A stretch of DNA of 62,118 bases from Picochlorum sp. SENEW3 (lineage: Eukaryota), in NCBI GenBank assembly GCA_034226945.1, contig CP120461.1, positions 930,001 through 992,118 on the forward strand, written 5' to 3'. The notes under the pieces are model-generated. The model ran no database searches. It saw only the letters and a list, made by a program, of their open reading frames with translations, and was not told the DNA's origin. Shown in pieces: positions 12,682 to 24,207 of this stretch; within the stretch, counting starts at the first letter, position 1, and each line of letters opens with the position of its first letter. The position numbers and the translations under genes were made by a program.

Positions 12682-14340
12682 TTAATCAGATTGACTCATT
12701 GCTTTCAGAACTTCGTCCACTGCCCAGGCAGCATGGTCTCCATTGATTCCATCAGGATGATGCCTTTGGCACAGATTTCTGACTGCGTGATACCGTACAT
12801 GTTTTTGCTTCTCAGGAGGCAATTCAGAACCAAAGAGAAGTTCAATTTGTTCATCAATTAACTCCAATGCTTTGTTTTGGCAAATCCCGTGCCTTGCATG
12901 CAACGCACTTGGTGGAGATTTTCTATTGGTCCGGCACTCCGGCGCCTGACGCGAGTTCAGGTACTCTACAGATCGTATTGACGCGCAATTAAATCGCTCG
13001 TTGTTGCTATATCGCATTTCCATTCTCTCCCTCAAAGGTTTTGGACTGCTGCTTCCACCGGCATTAGCGTGGCACCCGGCGCTGGCAGCCATTGCATGAA
13101 CCATTGCCTGTGTTTTATGAGCAAAAAGCTTACCAACCCCTGAAGATGTTGATTCTTTCTTTCCAGAAGACTTTGGAGTCGTCCTGCCAGCTGCAACTGA
13201 TGCCCCGAAAGTCAAATCTCCCAGGGTTGTGACTCTCCCTTCCTGCTGCCTCCACACCCCTCTCTGATGGTTGGGCGTCGTGAATGAATCCGGCGATAAG
13301 CCTACATACTCCTTCTCGTGATCCAATAGGTCTTTTTGGATCCTTGACCTTAGATCTAGAAGTGGGGGCGAGAACTGACCGGCTCGAAGTAGGCTACCAG
13401 AGATCCCTGCATTGGGACTTCTCTCAGGAGACTTGACACCAGTCAGGTCTATTGTGGGACTATCGTTTCTCGCCCTCTTGGAATCACTGTTCGTCATTCT
13501 CATTTCGTCACCTTCATCACCCGAAGTGTCCAAAATTTCTTCAAACGACATCGATCCCTCCCGCAAAGATTCCCAATTCTCTTGCAGAGATGCAATCCTC
13601 TCACGATCTCCTCGGTGTCTGTGGACAGGTGTACCCTCCACTCTTCTAGATCTCCTCCAATGTTCCCCACTTCGAGCTGTCTGAATTCTCCTGGATCTTC
13701 TTGTGGGCTGAATCGAAACAGCATCGGTAAAAACTGACGCCTGTGCCTGTCTGTGCTGATCCTCCTCTTCTTCCTCACTATCCTCGACAATTGTATGAGA
13801 TCTTGAACGTGACCGTCTGCGAGGTCTCGTTGTTTGCATCTCTTCTGCTATGGCATGATGATTTTCGTGATTCACAGCTTCTTGTGTCCTATCCCTAGCT
13901 TCTTGGCACATAGAGCAGAACCAGGCCTCCTCTGGCACACTGCTCAGCCCCAAACAGTATGTATGACAGGCCTGGTCACACCCATCACAGAGGAGTAACT
14001 GGTCTTCATTCTCTGATCCATTGCAAATGATACAAGCAAGACCCTCTAACCACTCTAAGAAGGTGGGATCTTCGAAAACCACTCTTTGGTCCCTCTCTGG
14101 GACTTCCGTCCGAGCAACAACGGTTCCTCCAACCAAAGGTCCACTCGGGGAGACGTTTCCCTTGAGAGGGGAAGTCAAGAGCCTCCGTGTGATGCAAGAA
14201 AATCTGACTTTACAGAATGGGCACTTGCTCTCGATTTGAGACCATTTTGAGATGCATTCGTGGCAAAACCTGTGCTCGCAACTGTCGATTTCTCCAATGT
14301 CAAGCAAATCGTCCTCGTGGCAAATACCACACACTAGCAT
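12682..14340 (-). CDS. RING and PHD finger protein (PHRF1-like)
   Basis: N-terminal C3HC4 RING (CGIC..CEHRFCHEC..CPFC) followed by PHD (CIIC..LLLCDGC..HTYC..WFCSMC). Confidence 0.85.
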   Translation of the reverse strand: MLVCGICHEDDLLDIGEIDSCEHRFCHECISKWSQIESKCPFCKVRFSCITRRLLTSPLKGNVSPSGPLVGGTVVARTEVPERDQRVVFEDPTFLEWLEGLACIICNGSENEDQLLLCDGCDQACHTYCLGLSSVPEEAWFCSMCQEARDRTQEAVNHENHHAIAEEMQTTRPRRRSRSRSHTIVEDSEEEEEDQHRQAQASVFTDAVSIQPTRRSRRIQTARSGEHWRRSRRVEGTPVHRHRGDRERIASLQENWESLREGSMSFEEILDTSGDEGDEMRMTNSDSKRARNDSPTIDLTGVKSPERSPNAGISGSLLRAGQFSPPLLDLRSRIQKDLLDHEKEYVGLSPDSFTTPNHQRGVWRQQEGRVTTLGDLTFGASVAAGRTTPKSSGKKESTSSGVGKLFAHKTQAMVHAMAASAGCHANAGGSSSPKPLRERMEMRYSNNERFNCASIRSVEYLNSRQAPECRTNRKSPPSALHARHGICQNKALELIDEQIELLFGSELPPEKQKHVRYHAVRNLCQRHHPDGINGDHAAWAVDEVLKAMSQSD

Positions 14341-14580
14341 ATTTTACCATTTCCTAATCTAACTATCTACTATTGCTTACATATATTTAATGACCAGGGG
14401 GTAGTCGTCGCTCGTCAACAAATTCACCCTGCACTGTGACGAAGAAGAGTGTGCTGGCATCTTTTCTGTTGTGCAACAGACAAGACGTTCACAGATGAGA
14501 GGATGATGATAGCATCGATCCAGATAGATTACATATACTATTGTCCTATCAAGTTGAACTAATACTGTACATTCGCACGA

Positions 14581-16173
14581 TTATTGCAAATTCAGTTTCG
14601 GTATTCCCATTCTACCTTTGGGCAGTGTCTTCTCCTCTGGAGATGATTTGTATTCGCTGTTGTCGTCTTCTGATGAGGAATACTCTTCAAATAAATCCCC
14701 AGAATCGCTGGAAAATGCATCATCGTTGTCATCACAGCTATCATCACCCTGCTTTGACTGTGGTGACGAAAGGTTGAGTGGAGGGGGGCCAAGACGAGAA
14801 AGACCTGACGATTTCCGTGCTGACAGCAGAACGGATGGGCTATGAGACCGAACGATACGGCCACCATTAGAATTTCCAGCCGAAAATTTTTCTGCGTTGT
14901 TGTCTGGCATGTTGGACCTCGCTTGCTTACGATGCCTATCATTTGGAGATGCACACTTGGCCTCTACCCGTGGTGTCTTTCTGCCACTCCTAGCACTATC
15001 GCAAGTATCAGTGCCCAGCATATCCGAGGCTTTTGAAGAAAACGATGCTCTGTTCCAAATATCAAAGTCCATGTCGAAAGATGAGCAATAGGATGTATCA
15101 TTTGCTGAGAGCCTCCTGTCGCCCTCCATGCAGCTATTCAGGGAATCCCAAAACTCCTCGGGCTCTCGTCCCTGATCAATTTTCAAAACTTCTAGATGCG
15201 TTGATGAGTCCTCGCTTTCGTATTTTCGGAGCTGATTTGCAAACCTATATGCCGCCACCATGAACTCATCTGCAACAATCTCTGACCCACGCCACAAGTA
15301 TATCATCCTTTTGCTCTGCAAAACAAAAGCTCCGCGAGGGTCCAGTGAAAATCCTCGCAACTCGTGTCCATTCATCCATTTGGGTACCAAATACGTCGGT
15401 GCCGATACCGACTGGGGGGCAATCCTGTACAAATTTGAACTACTTGCATGTCCACCTCTCCGCTTATGCCACTGAATCAGCTGACAAATAAACCCAATAT
15501 TCGGATTCGCTACACCTCTCATCTGCTTCACCTCTGCAAACACATCTTCGTACTGTCTCTTCTCTCTCCACATTCTGTACGCAATGGCGAGCGAAGTTGA
15601 CCTTGACACACCCTGGGAGCAGTGCACAAAGACATTACCCACATTCCTGGCATCTTCGATGAAATCAAACACATCATATAGAACCGCCAGTAGATCTTCT
15701 TTGGGGCTGTCTTGCAGGTACAATGTCTGATACTTCAACTCATCCTCAAAGTACGCGGGATACAAGACACCCACGCAGTTGACAACGTGTGATATGTGGC
15801 ACCTCTGCAGGATATCCCTACTCTTTGCAACAACCTCTCCACCGACAAATAGATTCTCTCCCACCCGCGTGCAATCTCTCTCATATTTGGAAAGCTTTTC
15901 CTTCCGGTTCCTCACCTCGGACGGGGGTCCTTCACCCCTGCCAAGAACGTCAAGATCAAGTTGCTTCAGAGACGCACCAGAGCACGACGCTCCGCCTCCC
16001 ACGGAACGTGCTTCGTTCCCAATATCCTCCAAGATCCTTAATCCCACCCCAGTATGCCTCTTCTCCGTCTCTGAACCGTCCCGCTCCCGACCTGCACCCT
16101 CCTCCTCTCTGGGTTTGCTGATGGGCACGTCCTCATCCTTTTTGATAAACGCAGAGGTAAAATGCGGAAACAT
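14581..16173 (-). CDS. Dual-specificity MAP kinase phosphatase, plant MKP1-like
   Basis: Catalytic VHCSQGVSRS, ANPNIGF, followed by a gelsolin-like segment (LDPRGAFVL..IYLWRG..QGREPEEFW). Confidence 0.85.
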   Translation of the reverse strand: MFPHFTSAFIKKDEDVPISKPREEEGAGRERDGSETEKRHTGVGLRILEDIGNEARSVGGGASCSGASLKQLDLDVLGRGEGPPSEVRNRKEKLSKYERDCTRVGENLFVGGEVVAKSRDILQRCHISHVVNCVGVLYPAYFEDELKYQTLYLQDSPKEDLLAVLYDVFDFIEDARNVGNVFVHCSQGVSRSTSLAIAYRMWREKRQYEDVFAEVKQMRGVANPNIGFICQLIQWHKRRGGHASSSNLYRIAPQSVSAPTYLVPKWMNGHELRGFSLDPRGAFVLQSKRMIYLWRGSEIVADEFMVAAYRFANQLRKYESEDSSTHLEVLKIDQGREPEEFWDSLNSCMEGDRRLSANDTSYCSSFDMDFDIWNRASFSSKASDMLGTDTCDSARSGRKTPRVEAKCASPNDRHRKQARSNMPDNNAEKFSAGNSNGGRIVRSHSPSVLLSARKSSGLSRLGPPPLNLSSPQSKQGDDSCDDNDDAFSSDSGDLFEEYSSSEDDNSEYKSSPEEKTLPKGRMGIPKLNLQ

Positions 16174-16532
16174 GAATGTTTGAATATCGCTTAATCGCGT
16201 GTATGTCCACCCCTGGGGACTGTTAACTCTGCACGTGAGGCAACGTTACCTCAGATCCACGAGAAGGTTGTTTTCCCTGATCATCACAGTCTCAATTCCA
16301 AGAAATCATTCCAATCTGTAGCAATGTATACATCCACACGAGTCTTGTGATGTCAAACGCGCGATGAATGCGGGTTAGCAGCACAATTTTTAATGTCTTT
16401 ATTAATAGGACGCATGTGGGTCGTATCTATGTAAAATGATGCGACCTATACCCTCGTTGTCAGTAAAATTCACTCAATACTCCAGAAGTACACGATTTCT
16501 TGGCAGAGATTCGTCTCACGGGGGTGTTCGTG

Positions 16533-17417
16533 ATGGCGTCCTCTTCTGTCAACAGCATGAGACCAATTGCTACCGTCGTACGCGGTAAGAAGCTGATGGA
16601 AGGCGCAGGGGTGCAGATATGCAGAACCATAGGGTATGGAGACGTTCGAGTTGATCCATACCTCATGCTGGATGAACTACGACTTCCTGCTGAAAAAGCT
16701 TCTGCTGGGTTTCCAGACCACCCTCACAGAGGGTTTGAAACCTGTACCATTATGAAGCGTGGGAAGATGGAACATCGTGACAGCGTGGGAAATAAGGGAG
16801 TAATTTGTGACGGAGGTGTTCAGTGGATGACAGCGGGTCGCGGGATTGTGCATTCGGAGATGCCAGTAGTCTCCGAGGGAGACCTGCATGGCTTCCAGTT
16901 GTGGATCAATCTCCCAGCGAAAGACAAGATGGTCAAGCCACGGTACCAGGATATACAAGCACCTGAAATCCCGGTAGTGGAGTTTGAAGATGGTGGACAC
17001 GCTCGAGTCATGGCAGGTGTATGCGAGGGTGTTGAAGGGCCGCTCAAGTTGCGTAATCCTGGGTTGCTCCTCGATGTGACTGTGCCAGCAAGTTCTCAAA
17101 CGTGGAAGCAAGCGATTCCTCGAGAATGGAATGGGTTTGCATATGTGTACGATGGAGCTGGAACGATTTCTGACATGAGAGTTGAGGAGCAGCATGCCTA
17201 TATATTTGCCCAAGAGGGCGGCGACTTTGTTGCAGCCAAGGCAGATGCGGCTTCGAAAGAGATGAGCTTCTTGTTGATCGCTGGGAAGCCGATTGGTGAA
17301 CCGATTGTCCAATACGGGCCCTTTGTGATGAACCATGAGCTTGAAATTGCTCAAGCCTTTCAGGATTATAGGACTGGAAGGCTGCAGAATCCAACAGACG
17401 ATCCATGGACAGCATAA
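16533..17417 (+). CDS. Pirin (cupin)
   Basis: EGAGV, DPYLMLDE, GFPDHPHRGFET, QWMTAGRGIVHSE, GFQLWINLP, YGPFVMN. Confidence 0.95.
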   Translation: MASSSVNSMRPIATVVRGKKLMEGAGVQICRTIGYGDVRVDPYLMLDELRLPAEKASAGFPDHPHRGFETCTIMKRGKMEHRDSVGNKGVICDGGVQWMTAGRGIVHSEMPVVSEGDLHGFQLWINLPAKDKMVKPRYQDIQAPEIPVVEFEDGGHARVMAGVCEGVEGPLKLRNPGLLLDVTVPASSQTWKQAIPREWNGFAYVYDGAGTISDMRVEEQHAYIFAQEGGDFVAAKADAASKEMSFLLIAGKPIGEPIVQYGPFVMNHELEIAQAFQDYRTGRLQNPTDDPWTA

Positions 17418-17462
17418 GACTGAATAAATATCTATAAACGGACATGCGTAAGATATATATTC

Positions 17463-18440
17463 ATGTGTGGGACCGTCAATGTTAAATCGGCCCCTCGCTC
17501 TGGTGGAACCGTGAACTGCCGATCGTTCAGCGAGCGGCACGTTCCTCTGACCATGCCCATGCGCAAGTTCGGCATTGATAGTATTAAATTACTATGTAAT
17601 GTGAAAAGGAACGTGCTATCAGCTTCAACGATGGAGAGTATGGTGTCGACTACCGACGGAGTGAGTTACATTTCACGACAGTGCAGTTCAGGCGTTGACA
17701 TTGTCCTCTCGTCGGGGTTTTTAGCATTTGCATCGCATTGTGGCTTTTTACAGGCGGTAAAAGATGTAGGATTGAATGTGAAAGGAGTCATGGGGACGAG
17801 TTCCGGAGCATTGACGGGGTCCCTGTTTGCTGCTGGGTATTCCCCCATGGAAATAGCTCAAGAATTCTCCAGGCTTCCTCCAATAGAGCGTATCAAGCTA
17901 TCAAAAGAGCCATGGAAAGGTGTTTTTAGTTTGGATCCGGCGACCAAGAGATTGCGCGAGCTGCTCCCCGATACATTTGATGAAATGGAGATTGATTTTG
18001 GGGTTGGAGTTGTCTCCCGGTATGGCTACGATATTGTTGACTCTGGCAGTTTGGCGGAGGCGGTCGTCGCGTCTGCTGCTGTTCCAGTGCTTTTTAATCC
18101 AGTGAGGATACCTAGTCGAAATAATACTCCGCACATTGATGGAGGCATAAAAACGCGAGTAGGCTTGGAGGCATGGCGGGCGCATCAGAAGGCTAAACGG
18201 GGGATTCTCCAACCCCGCCCTGCTGCTGTCCATGTGGTGGGTCGCAGCTCTCCATTCAGTGGGAGTGACAAGGTCGACACTGAAAGGACAGAGGACATTG
18301 CACTAGTCCTGAGCCCAAAGAGCAAATCGTCCCTGTGGGACATGAGCCAATTCGCTTCTCAAATGGAGCACACATATGCTGCTGCTGTCCCAGTTCTACA
18401 AGTTTTTGCTGATCAAATCCATCCTGAAAGTACCTTCTGA
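17463..18440 (+). CDS. Patatin-like phospholipase
   Basis: GTSSG nucleophile elbow, ASAAVPVLF.P, DGG motif. Confidence 0.85.
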   Translation: MCGTVNVKSAPRSGGTVNCRSFSERHVPLTMPMRKFGIDSIKLLCNVKRNVLSASTMESMVSTTDGVSYISRQCSSGVDIVLSSGFLAFASHCGFLQAVKDVGLNVKGVMGTSSGALTGSLFAAGYSPMEIAQEFSRLPPIERIKLSKEPWKGVFSLDPATKRLRELLPDTFDEMEIDFGVGVVSRYGYDIVDSGSLAEAVVASAAVPVLFNPVRIPSRNNTPHIDGGIKTRVGLEAWRAHQKAKRGILQPRPAAVHVVGRSSPFSGSDKVDTERTEDIALVLSPKSKSSLWDMSQFASQMEHTYAAAVPVLQVFADQIHPESTF

Positions 18441-18749
18441 ACCTGATGTTGAAGAACCATGCTTACCTGTTTATATGCCGCTTGTAACACACTGTACCCA
18501 CAATCATCCAGACTGGATGTTTTGTTCCAAGTCCAAGTTGGATCGATGGCTCTTGCGAGATCAGTTTGAATGCGCCAAGTCGCTTAAGCGAAATTCACAC
18601 AAGCTTGTCTTACACAAATAGAAAAAATTTGCGAGTGAATTTTCCATGGCAGTGAAATCAACGGTCCTCTGCAGACAGTGACTGCTCTGCATCGGAAGGA
18701 GTTTCTCTGTGACGCTGTGCCATAGATAGCCTGTGCGGCATACCAAAGG

Positions 18750-20174
18750 ATGACGGATGGCAAAAGAAAAGTGGAGGGGCAGGTTCCTTCCGATGGAACC
18801 AAAAGGGCCAAGGTGGAGGGAGAAGAGCGCCCCAATAATGTCTCATCTGTCCTGGAAAAGGCCAAAAAGGCCTTGGAGATGCAGAGCAAATTGAAGCAGA
18901 GACTAGAGAGCATTAAGAAAGCCAAGTCAGAAGATAAACAGGGTGCGGAAACGTCTTCCAAACGAGAGGGTCCGAAGCAGTTGAAGTTGATACAGCCTGA
19001 GGAGTTGTATGAGGAGGAGGGAGACTCTTTTTATGACCCTATGTTGGGGTACACAAGGAGATCGCAACGCAAAATACGGCCAACCCTCCAATTTATTGAG
19101 GAGGGTTCATTGAAAAGGCAGGCGGAGATCGCACGATTAAAAGCCGAGTTTGGAGATGAGTACGTGAAGAAGCTTGAGGAGAAAGGCGGCCATCTTGCTG
19201 AGGCAAGGGAGGACGATGACCTCTTGAAACGAGAGGCGAGTGGGGCAGTAGACATGGAAGTAGAAGAAACAACGCCTTCGGTAGAATGGTGGGATGAGAG
19301 AATCCTGGTGGACAAGGGGCAGTACCCATCTGCATCTTCATGGGCTCAGATTGACGAGAAAGATGTTCGATTAGACAGAATCACACATTACGTTGAGCAC
19401 CCTGTTGAACTAGAACCGCCGCTCCAGCAGCCTGAACCAGAACCTGCACCTCTAAAATTGACAAGGAAAGAGATGAAGAAGCTGAGAACACAGCGGAGGC
19501 AGGCTCGGGAGGCTGAGAAACAAGAACTTGTACGCCAGGGCCTGCTGGAACCTCCAAAACCAAAGGTGAAGATCTCGAATTTGATGAGAGTCCTGGGCTC
19601 GGAATCCACTGCAGATCCAACAGCAATAGAGTTAGAAGTTTCCAAACAGATGGCAGAAAGGCGCGCGGCACACGAGGATCGAAACTTGGCGCGAATGCTC
19701 ACCCCAGCAGAGCGACGCGAAAAGAAAATGAAGAAGCTGCTTGATTTTGTGCCTGGCTCTGACGTGGAGCAGAGGGAGATTAAAGTTGCAGTGTACAAAA
19801 TTAAAGATCTATCGAGACCTCAGCATAGATTCAAAGTGCAAGCCAATGCACGAGAGAACCATATGTCTGGAATTGCCATAATTGTGCCTGGGTCCTTCTC
19901 TGTGGTTGTCGTCGAGGGTGGGCCGAAAACGCTTCGACGATACGAAAAATTGATGCTACATAGAATAAAATGGAACTTGGAAGAAGATGACGAAGAATCT
20001 GTGGACCAGGGTGCGAATTCTTGTCATTTGGTATGGAATGGAATAGTAGCCTCGAGTGCCTTCAAAGGAAAATTTAAGACTCGTGAAGCTGCAAGCAGTC
20101 TTGCTGGCAGGAAAATTCTAGATGACCACGGGGTCGCTCATTATTGGGACATGGCTGCTTCAAGTGAGGCATAA
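18750..20174 (+). CDS. PRP3: U4/U6 snRNP protein Prp3
   Basis: VEWWD, ITHYVEHP, GLLEPPKPKVKISNLMRVLG, HRFKV..NA, VVVEGG.K..RRYEKLMLHRIKW. Confidence 0.95.
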   Translation: MTDGKRKVEGQVPSDGTKRAKVEGEERPNNVSSVLEKAKKALEMQSKLKQRLESIKKAKSEDKQGAETSSKREGPKQLKLIQPEELYEEEGDSFYDPMLGYTRRSQRKIRPTLQFIEEGSLKRQAEIARLKAEFGDEYVKKLEEKGGHLAEAREDDDLLKREASGAVDMEVEETTPSVEWWDERILVDKGQYPSASSWAQIDEKDVRLDRITHYVEHPVELEPPLQQPEPEPAPLKLTRKEMKKLRTQRRQAREAEKQELVRQGLLEPPKPKVKISNLMRVLGSESTADPTAIELEVSKQMAERRAAHEDRNLARMLTPAERREKKMKKLLDFVPGSDVEQREIKVAVYKIKDLSRPQHRFKVQANARENHMSGIAIIVPGSFSVVVVEGGPKTLRRYEKLMLHRIKWNLEEDDEESVDQGANSCHLVWNGIVASSAFKGKFKTREAASSLAGRKILDDHGVAHYWDMAASSEA

Positions 20175-20196
20175 AAATAATAAAATGTAATGTAAA

Positions 20197-21321
20197 TTAT
20201 GTGTTGGTGCCGCCAAACTTCGCTGCAAGTGTGTCGCACGAGGCAAGGGATACCTTGGCAGCTTTTTCAGACTGGCCGTAGTATTCATACCTGTGCCTGA
20301 CAAGCTTTTCTTGATAACACTTTTTCTGCATCATATCCTTCCAACTAGTCTCTATTTGATACTCAAGCCGTGTTCTCTCTTGCGATCCGGGCCTAAAATC
20401 TCTAGCAAATTTTGCTTTGCTTGCTACATAATATGGGACTCTATGGGCAGATGTCGTTGAGCGAAATGGGTACTCCCTCGTCTGCGAGAGAGAATATACC
20501 GGAGCGCTACCCTGAGAAATAAGATTGAAAAAAATCAAAAGCAACATCGGGGCCAGGGACAAAAGGACCCGGAAAATTGGCATGGGACTGTCCTGCCCCC
20601 TCTGCCCTTGGCGTGGTGGATGTTGACTGCGGAACTGTGCTCCCCGCCTATGACCTGTGCTGAATGTTGCCCCCATGAACGGATTGCCACCAAAAAACAT
20701 TCTAAATATCTCATCTGGATCAATTTCTTGGCCATTAAATGTCGCGGTCGAGTATCTGTGACCCCTAAAATTGGTTCTCGGGATGCTATCAACATCCCCG
20801 TATCTGTCATACTGGGCACGCTCGTCTGGATTGGATAAAACAGAGAAAGCTTTTGATACCATTTTAAAAGCCTCATCAGCTCCTGGAGATTTATTTTTAT
20901 CGGGATGCAACTTCAACGCGAGTTTCCTATACGCCTTTTTAATGTCATCATCACTTGCCGTCTTGGAGACACTCAGCACCTCATAGTGGCATTTCTTGGA
21001 CCTAATCGTTCTCACCAGGTGCTGCTGATCTGCTGTCCCCCGACTAGATCCTTGGTCAGACGTATTACTATTGCTGCGATGCTTCAGTCCATCTGAGGAA
21101 GGCGCTGTCCTGGCGGATCCCTCGCTCGCCGATGTCTGCCCCCCAGCACTCTCCCTAGCCCTCTCCGCTCGTGCCACCATGCCCTTTGATTCCTCGGTTG
21201 GATACAAGCGATAGGCCTTCTCTGCAAATCTCTTCGCTTTATCATAATCACCATTTTCCATTGCTCTATGAGCGATGGAAAGGCATTTCAAACCTTCGTC
21301 TCTATTTGCTTCTACGACCAT
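20197..21321 (-). CDS. DnaJ protein, DNAJB12/B14 type (J-domain, TM, DUF1977)
   Basis: EANRDEG N-terminus, [17 protein letters not shown] helix, C-terminal YSLSQT..Y...C. Confidence 0.9.
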   Translation of the reverse strand: MVVEANRDEGLKCLSIAHRAMENGDYDKAKRFAEKAYRLYPTEESKGMVARAERARESAGGQTSASEGSARTAPSSDGLKHRSNSNTSDQGSSRGTADQQHLVRTIRSKKCHYEVLSVSKTASDDDIKKAYRKLALKLHPDKNKSPGADEAFKMVSKAFSVLSNPDERAQYDRYGDVDSIPRTNFRGHRYSTATFNGQEIDPDEIFRMFFGGNPFMGATFSTGHRRGAQFRSQHPPRQGQRGQDSPMPIFRVLLSLAPMLLLIFFNLISQGSAPVYSLSQTREYPFRSTTSAHRVPYYVASKAKFARDFRPGSQERTRLEYQIETSWKDMMQKKCYQEKLVRHRYEYYGQSEKAAKVSLASCDTLAAKFGGTNT

Positions 21322-21643
21322 GGCCTCATCAATCACAGCCTAGCAGTCTCTACTGTATCCTATTCAATGATACACTTTGTCTCCCCCATTTTTATCTATT
21401 TTTATTCGGATTATTAGCCATCGTATTGAAGCTGTGACATCATATCATCTTCACCAAGGAACAGATCTCCACAGAGATCTCCACAGAAAATGGATCTTTG
21501 GTTTGTCGATTTTTTCGGCGGTTGGATTGCTTTGATGTCTCGTACTCCACTTTGTTTGTCGTAGGTAATAATCCCCTATAAGAAAAAAGGTATGGCAAAT
21601 ATGCCTGAATTGACTGGATGGGCATGGGTTTCAGAAGCAAACC

Positions 21644-22006
21644 ATGTTCAAGAAACTTGGTGAGAAGTTGACCTGGGCCGTTTTCCGGCGGAAATTCGTC
21701 GGGAGAGATGGGCAAGGAAATTCTTATTACATCCGTATGGAGAAAAATTTCAATGGGGAGCTAGTAGAGAAGAGATTCGTCAAGTTTCAGGGTGGAGAGT
21801 ACAGGCCAGAAAGAATGAGCCCAGAGTGGGTCCAGTGGCTCCAGACCACCCGGCGCGAGACGCCATATGGCGATGCATCGGCAACGCCCATGGGCGACAG
21901 TACGAAGAGTGGCGATGAGGGGTTGGACGAATGGCTGAGAAGGCAGGAGCAGAGGTCGTCAGGACGAAAATCCAAGAAAACTCCCGTCATTCCAATACAA
22001 AGATAG
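21644..22006 (+). CDS. NDUFA12/NDUFAF2 family protein (complex I)
   Basis: VGRDGQGNSYY...KRFV...PEWVQWL..TRRETP. Confidence 0.8.
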   Translation: MFKKLGEKLTWAVFRRKFVGRDGQGNSYYIRMEKNFNGELVEKRFVKFQGGEYRPERMSPEWVQWLQTTRRETPYGDASATPMGDSTKSGDEGLDEWLRRQEQRSSGRKSKKTPVIPIQR

Positions 22007-22040
22007 AGATACAAATTGTTACAAACTTGGAGAGATATTC

Positions 22041-23707
22041 CTAAGCCTCGCGTTGTCGTGGTGCTGCTTTGATAATGTCATCCACCCTCAAAATCATCTC
22101 TGCTGCTTCTGTGGCGCTCATCAGAGCTGCAGACTTAACCTTGAATGATTCATACACACCTCTCTCCTTCATGTCTCCCGCTCCTCCAGTGGTGACATCC
22201 ACACCAATGGTTGAGGATGGATTCGAGGCGACCGCCGCTCGCATTTGGGATACAATTTCTGCAAAATCCAGTCCGGCATTATCAGCAATAATTGATGGGA
22301 TCTGGCGAAGAGCCCTTGCATATGCAGCCATGGCCAACGACTTCTTCCCTGGTGTACGTGCAGCAACCTCGTCGACTGCGGCAGCCATCTGCACTTCAGC
22401 CCATCCACCACCATAGATAACTCGAGTGTCAGCTGCGGTCTGACTGAGGACGCAGAGAGCATCATGCAAGGAGCGCTCAGCCTCGTCCAAAATGTGCTTA
22501 GAGGCACCTCTAAGAACAATGGTACATGCCTCGCCGAGAGCACATCCGCTAAAATGTATCATAACATCTTCCCCAATCATCATTTCTTCGATAACATCAC
22601 AATGTCCCAATGTAACGCCGCTTGGCTCATCAAATGTTGATGTAATCTCGCCACCAGTGACAAGAGCCAGCCGTTCAATGCCATCAAAATCTGCATGCTC
22701 GATTGCCATCACGCCCGCGTCAGCAAACAATTCCTCGGGGAAGTTATAAATTAGCTGCCGGTTGATGAAGACGTTGGCGCCGTGGCTTATGATCTTTTCA
22801 CATTTTGACCTCATCTTCTCCTTCTCTGCCAACTCAATATCAGCAACCTTGGCGAGAGAATCTGCCCTCACTCTTGCTCCATATATCTTAATTTTGTCCG
22901 AGTCCATTGAGGTATTTGCTACGAGTACTTTTGCGTTTTCGATTCTCTTGGGCTGCCCTACACCAATCCTCTTGTCTAAGATGAACCCCTCATCCAGAAA
23001 TGAGTCTTTGATTGTGCCTCCAGGCTTTTTCAATATCTGAATCGCTTCCAGATTGGTGGAGCCCTTCAGACGAAGCACTGCATCTACAGCCAACAGGGCA
23101 AAGTGCTCTTTGTCAGATGTCAATATCTTGCTACTCAATGTTGTCTTGGCAATATTCATCAAATCCATTCTGAACGCTTCCTTATTCTCCCCGTTATCAA
23201 AGGCAATCTCCTGCAATTTAGCCCTGGCAATATCCGCAGCCTCTCGAAATCCAGCTATGATGAGCATTGGATGAATCTTTTGCTGCACGAGTTGTTCAGC
23301 TTCCCTCAGCAACTCTCCTGCAAGCACCACGACGGATGTGGTCCCATCACCAACCTCATCGTCCTGAACTTTACTAATATCAACCAGTACTTTCGCAGCA
23401 GGATTTTCGACGTAGATAGACTTCAATATAGTCGCCCCGTCATTCGTCACAGTCACGCTCTGTCCTTGGCTGACACTCTGCAAAATCTTGTCCATTCCCT
23501 TCGGACCGAGCGTAGTTTTCACCAAATCAGCTATTGCCATGGCACCAACAAACGAAGACTACATAACAGGGTGTACCAAAGTCAGCATGATCACACATCA
23601 CACCCCATCGTGACGGCACTTCGTACCAAACGAGCATTCTCGCCCTTCTCCTCCACAGCCCCTTCCTGGAGCACACTTTGGGTAAAATTCGACGGCACCT
23701 GTGTCAT
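22041..23707 (-). CDS. CCT2: T-complex protein 1 subunit beta (intron 23559-23626)
   Basis: [56 protein letters not shown]. Confidence 0.97.
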
Positions 23708-24207
23708 TCAACCATATATTGGTTAGTCCAAAGCATGCATGCGCCACAGCTACGTGCTGCGCAGTCGTTCAAAACGCCAATTGATCACGCACCCCAACTT
23801 GACCCATGGTTCAATACCAACACTTTCGATCAGCCCTCCCACGCTGAGGTATTCAACTCTCTCTATTATCCTTGTGCCTTGACGTTTCTTCGGAAGAAAC
23901 AATCTCAATATGAAATACTCGTTGTGGGAAGGACTGTGTAACTTTGAAAATAAAAAAGTAGCCTGCTGTCATCCAGGTGGAGAGGGGCATTCGCTCGCAT
24001 ATCGGATTTGACCGGATGCCTTTTGAATTCACTATTTGTCCTTCCATTCCAATGAAGCCACAGTCTCCAGTGCGCAGCAAACTTGAATTTTGCGATTTTC
24101 GTATCATGAATTATCTTTATATGGTGCCACATGTGTGACTGTGGGACGATTCGCGCATGACGTAAGGGTGCTGTGTGTCCTGTCCCGAAACAGACCTGTG
24201 CTTCCCG

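Noticed and set aside
16677..17540. Long antisense ORFs (also 14-553, 10851-11495, 23103-23726)
   Set aside because: Shadows of well-supported genes on the opposite strand, with no motifs.
23985..24022. Stem-loop between CCT2 and VPS52 as a snoRNA
   Set aside because: A single imperfect hairpin without convincing box motifs.
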